64,000 bases of DNA, from positions 27,322-91,321 of the forward strand of contig JAODMT010000010.1 in NCBI GenBank assembly GCA_025464975.1, given 5' to 3'. Shown piece after piece: positions 56,591 through 64,000 of this stretch (positions within the stretch are counted from its first letter, which is position 1; each line of letters opens with the position of its first letter). Under the pieces are notes generated by a model, which had not been told where the DNA came from, did no database searches, and worked only from the letters and a program-made list of their open reading frames with translations. The DNA is from Microbacteriaceae bacterium. Lineage in GTDB: Bacteria; Actinomycetota; Actinomycetes; Actinomycetales; Microbacteriaceae. A program made the translations under genes and the position numbers.

Positions 56591-57865
56591 CTACTTTCCA
56601 GCCTCTGCCTGCGCCTGCAGGTCGTCGAGGAACTTCTTCGGGTCACCGTTCGGTGCGACCGCGAGTCCAATATTCTGCTGAATGGTGAGCTTGATCTTGT
56701 CCCACTCCGGGTCGTCGGTCGGCGTGAGGTGGATGTTCGGAAGGGTGTCAAGGTACACCTTGAGCTTCGGGTCATCCTTGAATTTCGCCAGTCCCGAGGT
56801 CGTGACGGGAAGGAACCCTTCGGCCTTGATCCAGGTGTTGATCTGAGACGGCGAGTAGTAGAGCTTGTAGAAGGCCTTGACCGCGTCCTGGTTGCCCTTC
56901 TTCTTGAAGGACATGAGGTAGTCGGTGACGCCGTAGGTCTGCGGCGCGGCATTGTCACCGGTCGGCATTGGCGCGATCGCGTACTTCACACCCGTGTACT
57001 GGGTGTCGAGGGCTCCCTGCAGCGGGCTGAATCCCACGACCATTCCCGCCTTGCCCTGCTCGAAGAGGGAGAAGGCACCGTCGGTGCGGTTGGTGCCGCC
57101 CGGGTTGTTCTGAGTGACCTTGTCCTTGACCGAGAGGTCTTTGAGGTACTGAAGCGTCGCGGCGTTTTGCTTCGAGTTGATCGTCCACTTGCCGTTCTTC
57201 TTGAAGTCGCCGCCGTTGTTGAACAGCCAAATGGCGAATTCGGCCTGTGCCTCCTCCGGGCCAAGCGGCTGCGCGTATCCCACTGCGCCGTTGCCGATCG
57301 CCGTCACCTTCTTCGCGTCCGCGGTGAATTCGTCCCACGTCGTTGGCGCTTTGGAGATTCCGGCCGCCGAGAACAGGTCGGTGTTGTAGAACAGGGCCCG
57401 CGCGGACGACAGGTCGGGCATGCCGTAGAACTTGCCGTTGTAGGTTCCGCTCTTGACGAAGGCGGGGATGATGTCGGCCTTCGTCGCCGCGGGAAGCACC
57501 TCGTCCGCGCTGTAGAGCAGACCATCCGCCGCGTAGCTCGCGTACGCGTTCTCATTGAGGATGTCCGGCACGTTGCCGGTCTGGATCATCGTGCTGGACT
57601 GCTGATCGAGGTCGTTCCAGTTGATGATCTGCAGGTTCAGTTTGACGCCGGTCTGCTTCTCGTAGGTCTTGGTGAACGCATCCCAGAACGTCTTCGTGTG
57701 GTCCTTGCTGTACTCGGCGATGACGACCTTGATCGACTTGACGTCGCCACTCTTAGCGGTGGTGCTCCCCCCGCTTGCCCCGCACGACGCAAGCGTCATC
57801 GAGGTGATCGCGGCAGCAGCCACAATCGCTCCCCAGCGCACAGACTTCTTCATGGACTTCCTCAC
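56591..57865 (-). CDS. sugar ABC transporter substrate-binding lipoprotein (GlcNAc/chito-oligosaccharide candidate)
   Basis: Signal/lipobox AAAAITSMTLASCGAS. 424 aa. First gene of an operon that ends in the ROK kinase and nagB. Confidence 0.85.
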   Translation of the reverse strand: MRKSMKKSVRWGAIVAAAAITSMTLASCGASGGSTTAKSGDVKSIKVVIAEYSKDHTKTFWDAFTKTYEKQTGVKLNLQIINWNDLDQQSSTMIQTGNVPDILNENAYASYAADGLLYSADEVLPAATKADIIPAFVKSGTYNGKFYGMPDLSSARALFYNTDLFSAAGISKAPTTWDEFTADAKKVTAIGNGAVGYAQPLGPEEAQAEFAIWLFNNGGDFKKNGKWTINSKQNAATLQYLKDLSVKDKVTQNNPGGTNRTDGAFSLFEQGKAGMVVGFSPLQGALDTQYTGVKYAIAPMPTGDNAAPQTYGVTDYLMSFKKKGNQDAVKAFYKLYYSPSQINTWIKAEGFLPVTTSGLAKFKDDPKLKVYLDTLPNIHLTPTDDPEWDKIKLTIQQNIGLAVAPNGDPKKFLDDLQAQAEAGK

Positions 57866-58063
57866 TCTTGGGCGAAATTCGCTCTCGGTGTTACCGCACG
57901 CGCTGTACTCGTGCGCACTCGCCGACCGGCGGCGAGTCCTTGAATCCTGTCCGCCCCAGGCAATTACGTCAAGACCCCTAACAAACTTGTAACCGGTTGT
58001 TTACACGAGTTAGTGTCGCGTACTGCGTTTGCGGAGGCAGGAAATGGAGCAAACCACAGTTAA

Positions 58064-59263
58064 TTAGGAAACGCCGAGTCTCGCCGAAATCACCATGACG
58101 GCGGCCCCGCGAAGCACGATGTCGTCGCCGAGGGTCGTCATCCGCAGGATCAGGTCGCTGTGGAATTCCGCCATCGTTCGGGAGGCAATGGTGGTTCGCG
58201 TGGCATCGACGAGCGCTCCCTGGAGCAGCTCGGCCGGTCCGCTCAGCACCACCTCGGGCAGGTTTAGCGCGCCGATCACCGGGGAGAGTGCAATTCCGAG
58301 GCGCTGACCGGCCTCGAATAGAATCCGATCGCGCTCGCTTGAGGATTTCGCACTCGCGAGCTTCGCGTCGAGTCGCGGGGTGGCCAACCAGGTTTCGAGG
58401 CAGCCCCGCTTCCCACATCCGCACTCGTCGCCGCCATCCGTGCCGACCACCACATGGCCGATCTCCCCCGCGGCGAAGTGGCTTCCGTAGACCGGGGTTC
58501 CGCCGAGCAGCAGTCCCGCTCCCACACCGTGTCCGATCTTGATCAGCATCAGGTCGCCGGTGGCCTCCCCGAAGCTGTGTTCGGCGAGCACCGCCGCGTT
58601 GCCGTCGTTGGCCACCACCACCGGGATGCCGAAGCGCTCGGCGAGCACCCGCTGCAGCTGAACCCCGTTCCATCCGAGGTTAGGTGCGCTCAGCACGGTT
58701 CCCGCGAGGTCGACCACGCCCGGCGAGCCGACGCCGAGGCCGAGGATCGGGGCGGTCGTTCTCGCGATGAGCCGCTCGACGAGACTCAACACCTTGTCTA
58801 CCGCGTCCTGGCCGGTCCGACCTTCGAGCGGCACCTCATCTCGAGCGAGAATGGTGCCGTCGAGGTCGAGCACCGCGCCACGGAAACTGTCGAATTCGCT
58901 GAGATCGATCCCGATGATCTGGAACGCGCCGCGATCGATGTCGATGAGCGTCGCCGGCTTACCCGGCCGCGCTCCCTCACGGAGGCCCATCTCGACAATG
59001 AGGCCCTCGGCCATGAGCTCCGCCACGAGGTCGGAGACGGTGACACGGGTGAGCCCGGTGCTCCGAGCGACGTCGGCCCGGCTCTGTTGACCGGTCGAAT
59101 ACAGAGTCTGCAATACCAGGGACCGGTTGTGGCCCCGAGCGTGCTCCGGCAAGACCTTCGTCATCGGGCGAAGAAGCCGCCCGGCGGAAAAGTGCGGCCG
59201 AGCGAGCCGTTGCGGCCCCGAGGGTACGGCCGCGGGGGCTACTGGCTGATCCGGTTCGCTCAT
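58064..59263 (-). CDS. ROK family transcriptional regulator
   Basis: wHTH NRSLVLQTLYSTGQQSRADVARSTGLTRVTVSDLVAEL plus a ROK domain with CGCGKRGCLE. Confidence 0.8.
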   Translation of the reverse strand: MSEPDQPVAPAAVPSGPQRLARPHFSAGRLLRPMTKVLPEHARGHNRSLVLQTLYSTGQQSRADVARSTGLTRVTVSDLVAELMAEGLIVEMGLREGARPGKPATLIDIDRGAFQIIGIDLSEFDSFRGAVLDLDGTILARDEVPLEGRTGQDAVDKVLSLVERLIARTTAPILGLGVGSPGVVDLAGTVLSAPNLGWNGVQLQRVLAERFGIPVVVANDGNAAVLAEHSFGEATGDLMLIKIGHGVGAGLLLGGTPVYGSHFAAGEIGHVVVGTDGGDECGCGKRGCLETWLATPRLDAKLASAKSSSERDRILFEAGQRLGIALSPVIGALNLPEVVLSGPAELLQGALVDATRTTIASRTMAEFHSDLILRMTTLGDDIVLRGAAVMVISARLGVS

Positions 59264-59387
59264 ATTTGTTAGTCAACCTTACGAACCGCGCGCTGCGCAA
59301 TCACCCGTCGCACAACGCCAAACGGGGAACCCGAGCCGAAGCCCCGGTCCCCCATTCGCGTCAGTCTCGTTCGCCAACGCAACCCGA

Positions 59388-59470
59388 CCGAAAACGCAGG
59401 AGAATCACCATCAAACGCCGTCGTACCGCCGCACACGCGCACCACCGTGGTGAATGTCCTGCGTTTTGGG
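59388..59470. repeat. palindromic intergenic repeat, copy B
   Basis: CCGAAAACGCAGGAGAATCACCA-N36-GTGGTGAATGTCCTGCGTTTTGGG. The 21-nt arm GTGGTGAATGTCCTGCGTTTT is identical to the reverse complement of 24117-24137. Confidence 0.7.
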
Positions 59471-59562
59471 CACGACATCGGAGGCATGACGCCGGAGACG
59501 CGCCCCCCTCGCCGGGGCGACCGCCGGGACTGCGGTCGGCGGCGGCCGCAGAAGTGACTGTT

Positions 59563-60777
59563 TTAGGCCAGGCGCGCGGCGAGGTTCTTGTCGAGCGTGT
59601 CGAGGAACTCCTCGGTGGTCTGCCACTTCTGATCCGGACCCACGAGAAGGGCGAGGTCCTTCGTCATCGCGCCGGCCTCGACCGACTTGATGACGACGTC
59701 CTCGAGCGTCTCCGCGAATGCGGCCAGCTCCGGGTTGTTGTCGAGCTTGGCGCGGTGCGAGAGCCCGCGAGTCCACGCGTAGATCGACGCGATCGGGTTG
59801 GTCGAGGTGGGCTTGCCCTGCTGGTGCATCCGGTAGTGACGGGTCACTGTGCCGTGTGCCGCCTCGGCCTCAACGACCGAGCCGTCCGGAACGGAGAGCA
59901 CCGAGGTCATGAGTCCGAGCGAGCCGAAGCCCTGCGCCACGGTGTCTGACTGCACGTCGCCGTCGTAGTTCTTGCAGGCCCAGACGTATCCGCCCTCCCA
60001 CTTCATCGCCGAGGCAACCATGTCGTCGATCAGACGGTGCTCGTAGGTGAGGCCGGCGGCCTCGAACTTCTCCTTGAATTCGGTCTCGAAGATCTCCTCG
60101 AAGATGTCCTTGAAGCGACCGTCGTAGGCCTTGAGGATGGTGTTCTTGGTGGAGAGGTACACCGGGTAGTTGCGGGTCAGACCGTAGTTGAGGCTCGAGC
60201 GGGCGAAGTCGCGGATCGAGGAGTCCTGGTTGTACTGAACCTGGGCGATTCCGTCACCCGGAGCGTCGTAGACATCGAACTTCATCGGCTCTGAGCCGTC
60301 GGCCGGGGTGAACTCGACCGTGAGCTTGCCCTTGCCCTTGAAGACGAAGTCGGTGGCGCGGTACTGGTCGCCGAAGGCGTGGCGCCCGATGATGATCGGC
60401 TTGTTCCAGCCGGGCACGAGGCGCGGGATGTTGGAGATGATGATCGGCTCGCGGAAGATGACGCCGCCGAGGATGTTGCGGATGGTCCCGTTCGGCGACT
60501 TCCACATCTTCTTGAGGCCGAACTCCTCGACCCGAGCCTCGTCGGGGGTGATCGTCGCGCACTTGACGCCGACGCCGTACTTCTGGATCGCGTGGGCCGC
60601 GTCGATGGTGACCTGGTCGTCGGTCGCATCGCGGTTTTCGATGCCGAGGTCGTAGTAGTCGAGATTGATGTCGAGATAGGGGTGGATCAGGGTGTCCTTG
60701 ATCTTCTGCCAGATGATGCGAGTCATCTCATCGCCGTCGAGCTCGACAACCGTTCCTTCTACCTTGATCTTTGACAA
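59563..60777 (-). CDS. icd: NADP-dependent isocitrate dehydrogenase (homodimeric, eukaryote-like subfamily II)
   Basis: Motifs [17 protein letters not shown] and [11 protein letters not shown] 60777 lies 6 nt after AAGGAG (60784-60789) and gives [19 protein letters not shown]. The listed start at 60852 adds 25 non-homologous residues. Confidence 0.95.
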   Translation of the reverse strand: MSKIKVEGTVVELDGDEMTRIIWQKIKDTLIHPYLDINLDYYDLGIENRDATDDQVTIDAAHAIQKYGVGVKCATITPDEARVEEFGLKKMWKSPNGTIRNILGGVIFREPIIISNIPRLVPGWNKPIIIGRHAFGDQYRATDFVFKGKGKLTVEFTPADGSEPMKFDVYDAPGDGIAQVQYNQDSSIRDFARSSLNYGLTRNYPVYLSTKNTILKAYDGRFKDIFEEIFETEFKEKFEAAGLTYEHRLIDDMVASAMKWEGGYVWACKNYDGDVQSDTVAQGFGSLGLMTSVLSVPDGSVVEAEAAHGTVTRHYRMHQQGKPTSTNPIASIYAWTRGLSHRAKLDNNPELAAFAETLEDVVIKSVEAGAMTKDLALLVGPDQKWQTTEEFLDTLDKNLAARLA

Positions 60778-60835
60778 GCGTTTCTCCTTGCTTCGCGGGC
60801 GTTTTGCCACCGCCGATAGCTTAGCCGCTTCCGCC

Positions 60836-60859
60836 AAGTATCTCGATGTCAAGATACTT
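60836..60859. promoter_or_regulatory. 8-bp inverted repeat in the icd / GNAT divergent region
   Basis: AAGTATCT-N8-AGATACTT, 59-82 nt upstream of the icd TTG start. Confidence 0.35.
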
Positions 60860-60912
60860 CTCTCGTGGTCGAGGGGATGGACTACCCGATCGGGGTCCCG
60901 CCCGGTTAGCCT

Positions 60913-61371
60913 GTGGTCATGGCTGAGTTGAGACTAGAAGAGCTGTCGGCAAAAACCATCGTCGCTGCGAACAGCCTGACCCTGCGTCCCGGCCAGGAGC
61001 AGTTCGTCACCCCGCCGTCGTACGCGATTGCGGACGCCTACATCGATCCCGAGACATCCTGGCCGCGCGTCGTTCTCGACGGCGACGAGGTGGTCGGATT
61101 CATTCGCGGAAACTTCGACCCGGACTCCAGCCAGGAGGAGTTTCGCAGTTGCATTTGGCGCGTGACGGTCGCGGCGGATGCCCAGGGCGCCGGCGTCGGT
61201 CGCTTCGCGGTGTGGGCGCTAGCCAACGAGGCCCGTTCGCGCGGCTTCGACCGGCTCACCGCCATCTGGGAAGAGGGCGAAGAAGGCCCGGAGCAATTCT
61301 TCCTGCACACCGGATTCACCGTCGTCGGCGAGACCCAATACGGGGAGAAGATCGGCGTGCTGAACCTCTAG
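60913..61371 (+). CDS. GNAT family N-acetyltransferase
   Basis: Acetyl-CoA loop [11 protein letters not shown]. 152 aa. Confidence 0.7.
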   Translation: MVMAELRLEELSAKTIVAANSLTLRPGQEQFVTPPSYAIADAYIDPETSWPRVVLDGDEVVGFIRGNFDPDSSQEEFRSCIWRVTVAADAQGAGVGRFAVWALANEARSRGFDRLTAIWEEGEEGPEQFFLHTGFTVVGETQYGEKIGVLNL

Positions 61372-61384
61372 GGGCTACCCAACG

Positions 61385-61699
61385 ATGACGGCTCCCGCTG
61401 ACGATTTCGTCTCGCGCGTGCTCGCGGTGGTCGAGTCGATCCCGCCGGGACGGGCGATGTCCTACGGCGACGTCGCCGCCGCAATCGGCTCGCGGGCGGC
61501 GCGAGCGGTCGGCCAAACCATGGCCTACTACGGCTCGGACGTGCCGTGGTGGCGGGTCATCCGGTCGAGCGGCCACCCGCCGGAGAACCACGAGACGGCG
61601 GCGCTCGAGCAGTACCGCACGGAGTCGACACCCCTGATCTGGTCGGTGGCCGGAAACTACCGAGTGGACCTCCGCCGGGCCCGCTGGTCGCCGAACTAG
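61385..61699 (+). CDS. MGMT-family DNA-binding protein, alkyltransferase-like (no acceptor Cys)
   Basis: MGMT C-terminal domain layout (IPPGRAMSYGDVAAAIG ... VPWWRVIRSSG). PWWRV replaces the catalytic PCHRV. Only 104 aa. Confidence 0.7.
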   Translation: MTAPADDFVSRVLAVVESIPPGRAMSYGDVAAAIGSRAARAVGQTMAYYGSDVPWWRVIRSSGHPPENHETAALEQYRTESTPLIWSVAGNYRVDLRRARWSPN

Positions 61700-61740
61700 C
61701 CCAACTTGACCGACCCTGCATTGCTGAGCAGTGTTGACCC

Positions 61741-62115
61741 ATGATCACTCAGGTGCAGTTGTTCTCCATTCCCGTTTCGGACCAGGATCGCGCGAAGTCC
61801 TTCTACGTCGACACCCTCGGCTTCGAACTCCTCTCCGACGCACAGATGGGACCGGACATGCGCTGGATTCAGGTCGTCCCGCGGGGAGCGGACACCGCAC
61901 TCACGCTAGTGAACTGGTTCCCCAGCATGCCGGCCGGTTCGCTCAAGGGGCTGGTCTTGGAGACAGACTCGCTCGAGGAGGATGTCGCCGCTCTGCTGAG
62001 GCGCGGCGTCGACATTCCGGGCGGAATTGAGGACGCACCGTGGGGTCGATTCGTGCAGTTCGCCGACCCGGACGGCAACGGCCTCATTCTTCAGGCAACC
62101 TTCGCACGGTCCTGA
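61741..62115 (+). CDS. VOC (glyoxalase/bleomycin-resistance) family protein
   Basis: Beta-alpha-beta-beta-beta modules (FSIPVSDQDRAKSFYVDTLGFEL ... FADPDGNGLIL). Confidence 0.8.
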   Translation: MITQVQLFSIPVSDQDRAKSFYVDTLGFELLSDAQMGPDMRWIQVVPRGADTALTLVNWFPSMPAGSLKGLVLETDSLEEDVAALLRRGVDIPGGIEDAPWGRFVQFADPDGNGLILQATFARS

Positions 62116-62134
62116 AGCCGTCGCCGACCGGGTG

Positions 62135-63940
62135 CTACACGAGCGACTCCCGCCAGGCCGCGTGCAGCTTCGAGAAGCGCCCGGTGCCGGAGATGAGGTC
62201 CCGAGGGGTGCCGTCCTCCACGATGATCCCGTGTTCCATGACGAGCACCCGGTCGGCGATCGCCACCGTTGACAGTCGGTGGGCGATGATGATCGCCGTG
62301 CGGTCGGCGAGCAGAGTCTGCAGCCCCTCCTGCACGAGACGCTCACTCGGGATGTCGAGCGACGCGGTCGCCTCGTCCAGGATGAGCACGACCGGGTTCG
62401 CGAGGAATGCGCGCGCGAAGGAGATCAGCTGCCGCTGTCCGGCCGAAACCCGGCCGCCGCGCTTGTTCACATCAGTGTCGTAGCCGTTCGGCAGCGACTC
62501 GATGAACTCGTGCGCACCGACGGCCTTCGCCGCGTTCACGATCTCCTCCGTCGTCGCCTCCGGCTTGCCGAGCGCGATGTTTTCGCCGACCGATCCGGAG
62601 AACAGGTACGCCTCCTGGGTGACCATGACGATCGCGCGACGCAGGTCCTTCGGATGCAGGCGCCGCAGGTCGACCCCGTCGAGCGACACGACGCCGGAGC
62701 TCGGATCGTAGAAGCGCGAGATCAGTTTCGCGAGCGTCGACTTGCCGGCACCGGTAGAGCCGACCAGGGCGATGGTCTGCCCGGCGGGGATCTCGAGATC
62801 AAAGTGCGGCAGGATCACCTTGTCCTTGTTGTAGGCGAACTCGACACCGGCGAATCCGACCGCTCCCTTGGCCTGCCAGAGATCGATCGGACGGGTCGGA
62901 TCGGGCACGCTCGGCTCCTCCTCCAGCACGCCGGAGATCTTCTCGAGCGCGGCGGCCGCCGACTGGTACGAGTTGTAGAACATCGCCAACTCCTGCGCGG
63001 GAGCGTAGAACGACCGCGTGTAGAGCAGCGCCGCGAGCAGCACACCGATCGCGAGGCCCCCGTTGGCGACCCGTAGCCCGCCGACGAGCAGCACCACGCC
63101 GAGGGTCACGTTGCCGATGAGCACCAGCCCGGGGTCGAAGCGCCCGAACAGGCGAATCGATTTGCTGTTCGCCTCGCGGTAGTCCTCGACCAGCTGCGCA
63201 AACTCGGTCTCGTTGCGCTTCTCCTTGCGAAACGCCTTGACCGCGCGGATGCCCGTCATGGTCTCGACGAAGTGCACGATGAGCTTCGCCGAGGTGACCC
63301 TGGTGAGCCGGAACACCTTCTGCGATCGCAGCTGGAACCAGCGGGTCAGGAAGGCGAGCGGCACCAGGGAGACGAACAGGACGACACCGCTGACCCAGTC
63401 GATCGAGAACAGCGCGATGGCGATGAACACCATGTACAGGCCGCCCTGAATGAGCTGGTTGATGCCGGAGTCGAGCAGTTCCCGAATCGAATCCAGATCG
63501 CTCGTCTGGCGCGCGATGATCCGTCCAGAGGTGTAGCTCTCGTGAAATTCCAGACTCAGCCGCTGCGTGTGCAGGAACACCCGTTTGCGTAGGTCGATCA
63601 GGATCGCCTGGCTGATCCGCGCGGTCAACACGGTGTACCAGGCGATGAGGGCGGCACCGACGATACCAGCGACGAGGTAGGTGGCCACCGCGAAGTAGAG
63701 GGGCACCCAATCGTGTTTAAGGATGGCGGGAAGCCCGGTGTCGATCCCGTAGGCGATGAGCGCCGGGCCGGCGACCTGCGCGCCGGTGCTGATCACGACG
63801 ACAATGATCGTCAGGGTGACCCTGGCCCACAGCGGACGCAACAACGAGTTGAGCAGGCGCAGCGATCGGTCGCGCACCTGTTTGCTTTCCCCCTTGGTGA
63901 AGTCGTCCCGATCTTCGCCCTCTACCCCCAACACGCTCAT
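62135..63940 (-). CDS. ABC transporter ATP-binding/permease fusion (ABCB exporter type)
   Basis: Six N-terminal TM helices, Walker [10 protein letters not shown], signature VSAGQRQL and Walker [18 protein letters not shown] lies upstream of ATG 63940. Confidence 0.9.
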   Translation of the reverse strand: MSVLGVEGEDRDDFTKGESKQVRDRSLRLLNSLLRPLWARVTLTIIVVVISTGAQVAGPALIAYGIDTGLPAILKHDWVPLYFAVATYLVAGIVGAALIAWYTVLTARISQAILIDLRKRVFLHTQRLSLEFHESYTSGRIIARQTSDLDSIRELLDSGINQLIQGGLYMVFIAIALFSIDWVSGVVLFVSLVPLAFLTRWFQLRSQKVFRLTRVTSAKLIVHFVETMTGIRAVKAFRKEKRNETEFAQLVEDYREANSKSIRLFGRFDPGLVLIGNVTLGVVLLVGGLRVANGGLAIGVLLAALLYTRSFYAPAQELAMFYNSYQSAAAALEKISGVLEEEPSVPDPTRPIDLWQAKGAVGFAGVEFAYNKDKVILPHFDLEIPAGQTIALVGSTGAGKSTLAKLISRFYDPSSGVVSLDGVDLRRLHPKDLRRAIVMVTQEAYLFSGSVGENIALGKPEATTEEIVNAAKAVGAHEFIESLPNGYDTDVNKRGGRVSAGQRQLISFARAFLANPVVLILDEATASLDIPSERLVQEGLQTLLADRTAIIIAHRLSTVAIADRVLVMEHGIIVEDGTPRDLISGTGRFSKLHAAWRESLV

Positions 63941-64000
63941 ACCGACGCCTCCCTCAGTTCGCGCTTCTCTTCGTCCTCCAGGCTGGAGATGACGAACCGG
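63937..64000 (-). CDS. ABC transporter partner subunit, 3' end only
   Basis: The frame ending ...[20 protein letters not shown] has a TGA overlapping the downstream ATG (ATGA). This pairing is typical of heterodimeric ABCB exporters. Only 20 codons are visible. Confidence 0.45.
   Translation of the reverse strand, partial: RFVISSLEDEEKRELREASV

Overview
This is a GC-rich actinobacterial chromosome segment. The evidence is mycothiol synthase MshD, GlnR, SigK/RskA, and the carD-ispD/F-cysS-rlmB and ppk-mutT1 synteny known from mycobacteria. It is probably Micrococcales/Microbacteriaceae-like, but I cannot verify that. I support about 67 protein genes, one tRNA-Lys(UUU) and one candidate riboswitch. 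Content is mostly core. (1) Phosphate control: senX3-regX3, divergent phoU, ppk, the Nudix/His-phosphatase mutT1-like gene, and pstSCAB with 11-nt-phased PHO-box-like repeats. (2) One-carbon metabolism: a candidate ZTP riboswitch ahead of glyA-folD, plus purU. (3) Three sugar loci: a GH95/GH36/CE7 glycan-utilisation locus with an ABC importer and ROK regulator, the Leloir genes galM/deoR/galT/galK, and a GlcNAc locus with nagA, nagB, a ROK kinase, an ABC importer and a ROK regulator. (4) Housekeeping: cysS, rlmB, a fused ispDF, carD, gpmA, icd, ygfZ and folD. I found no CRISPR array, transposase, integrase, toxin-antitoxin pair, recognisable defence system or biosynthetic cluster, and no convincing novel multi-gene system. 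The most unusual signals are non-coding or very small: an ~82-nt palindromic repeat family with two copies sharing a 21-nt identical arm, a degenerate tandem array plus a long hairpin downstream of regX3, duplicated AT-rich operator-like boxes, two unlisted micro-ORFs (a 32-aa zinc ribbon and a 36-aa hydrophobic peptide), an orphan SMI1/KNR4 gene beside tRNA-Lys whose 3' end overlaps a convergent lrp gene by 207 nt, and an alkyltransferase-like MGMT protein with PWWRV in place of PCHRV. Many long ORFs in the track are GC-driven antisense or alternate-frame artefacts and were rejected. All family assignments come from motif and sequence recognition by eye; no searches were run.
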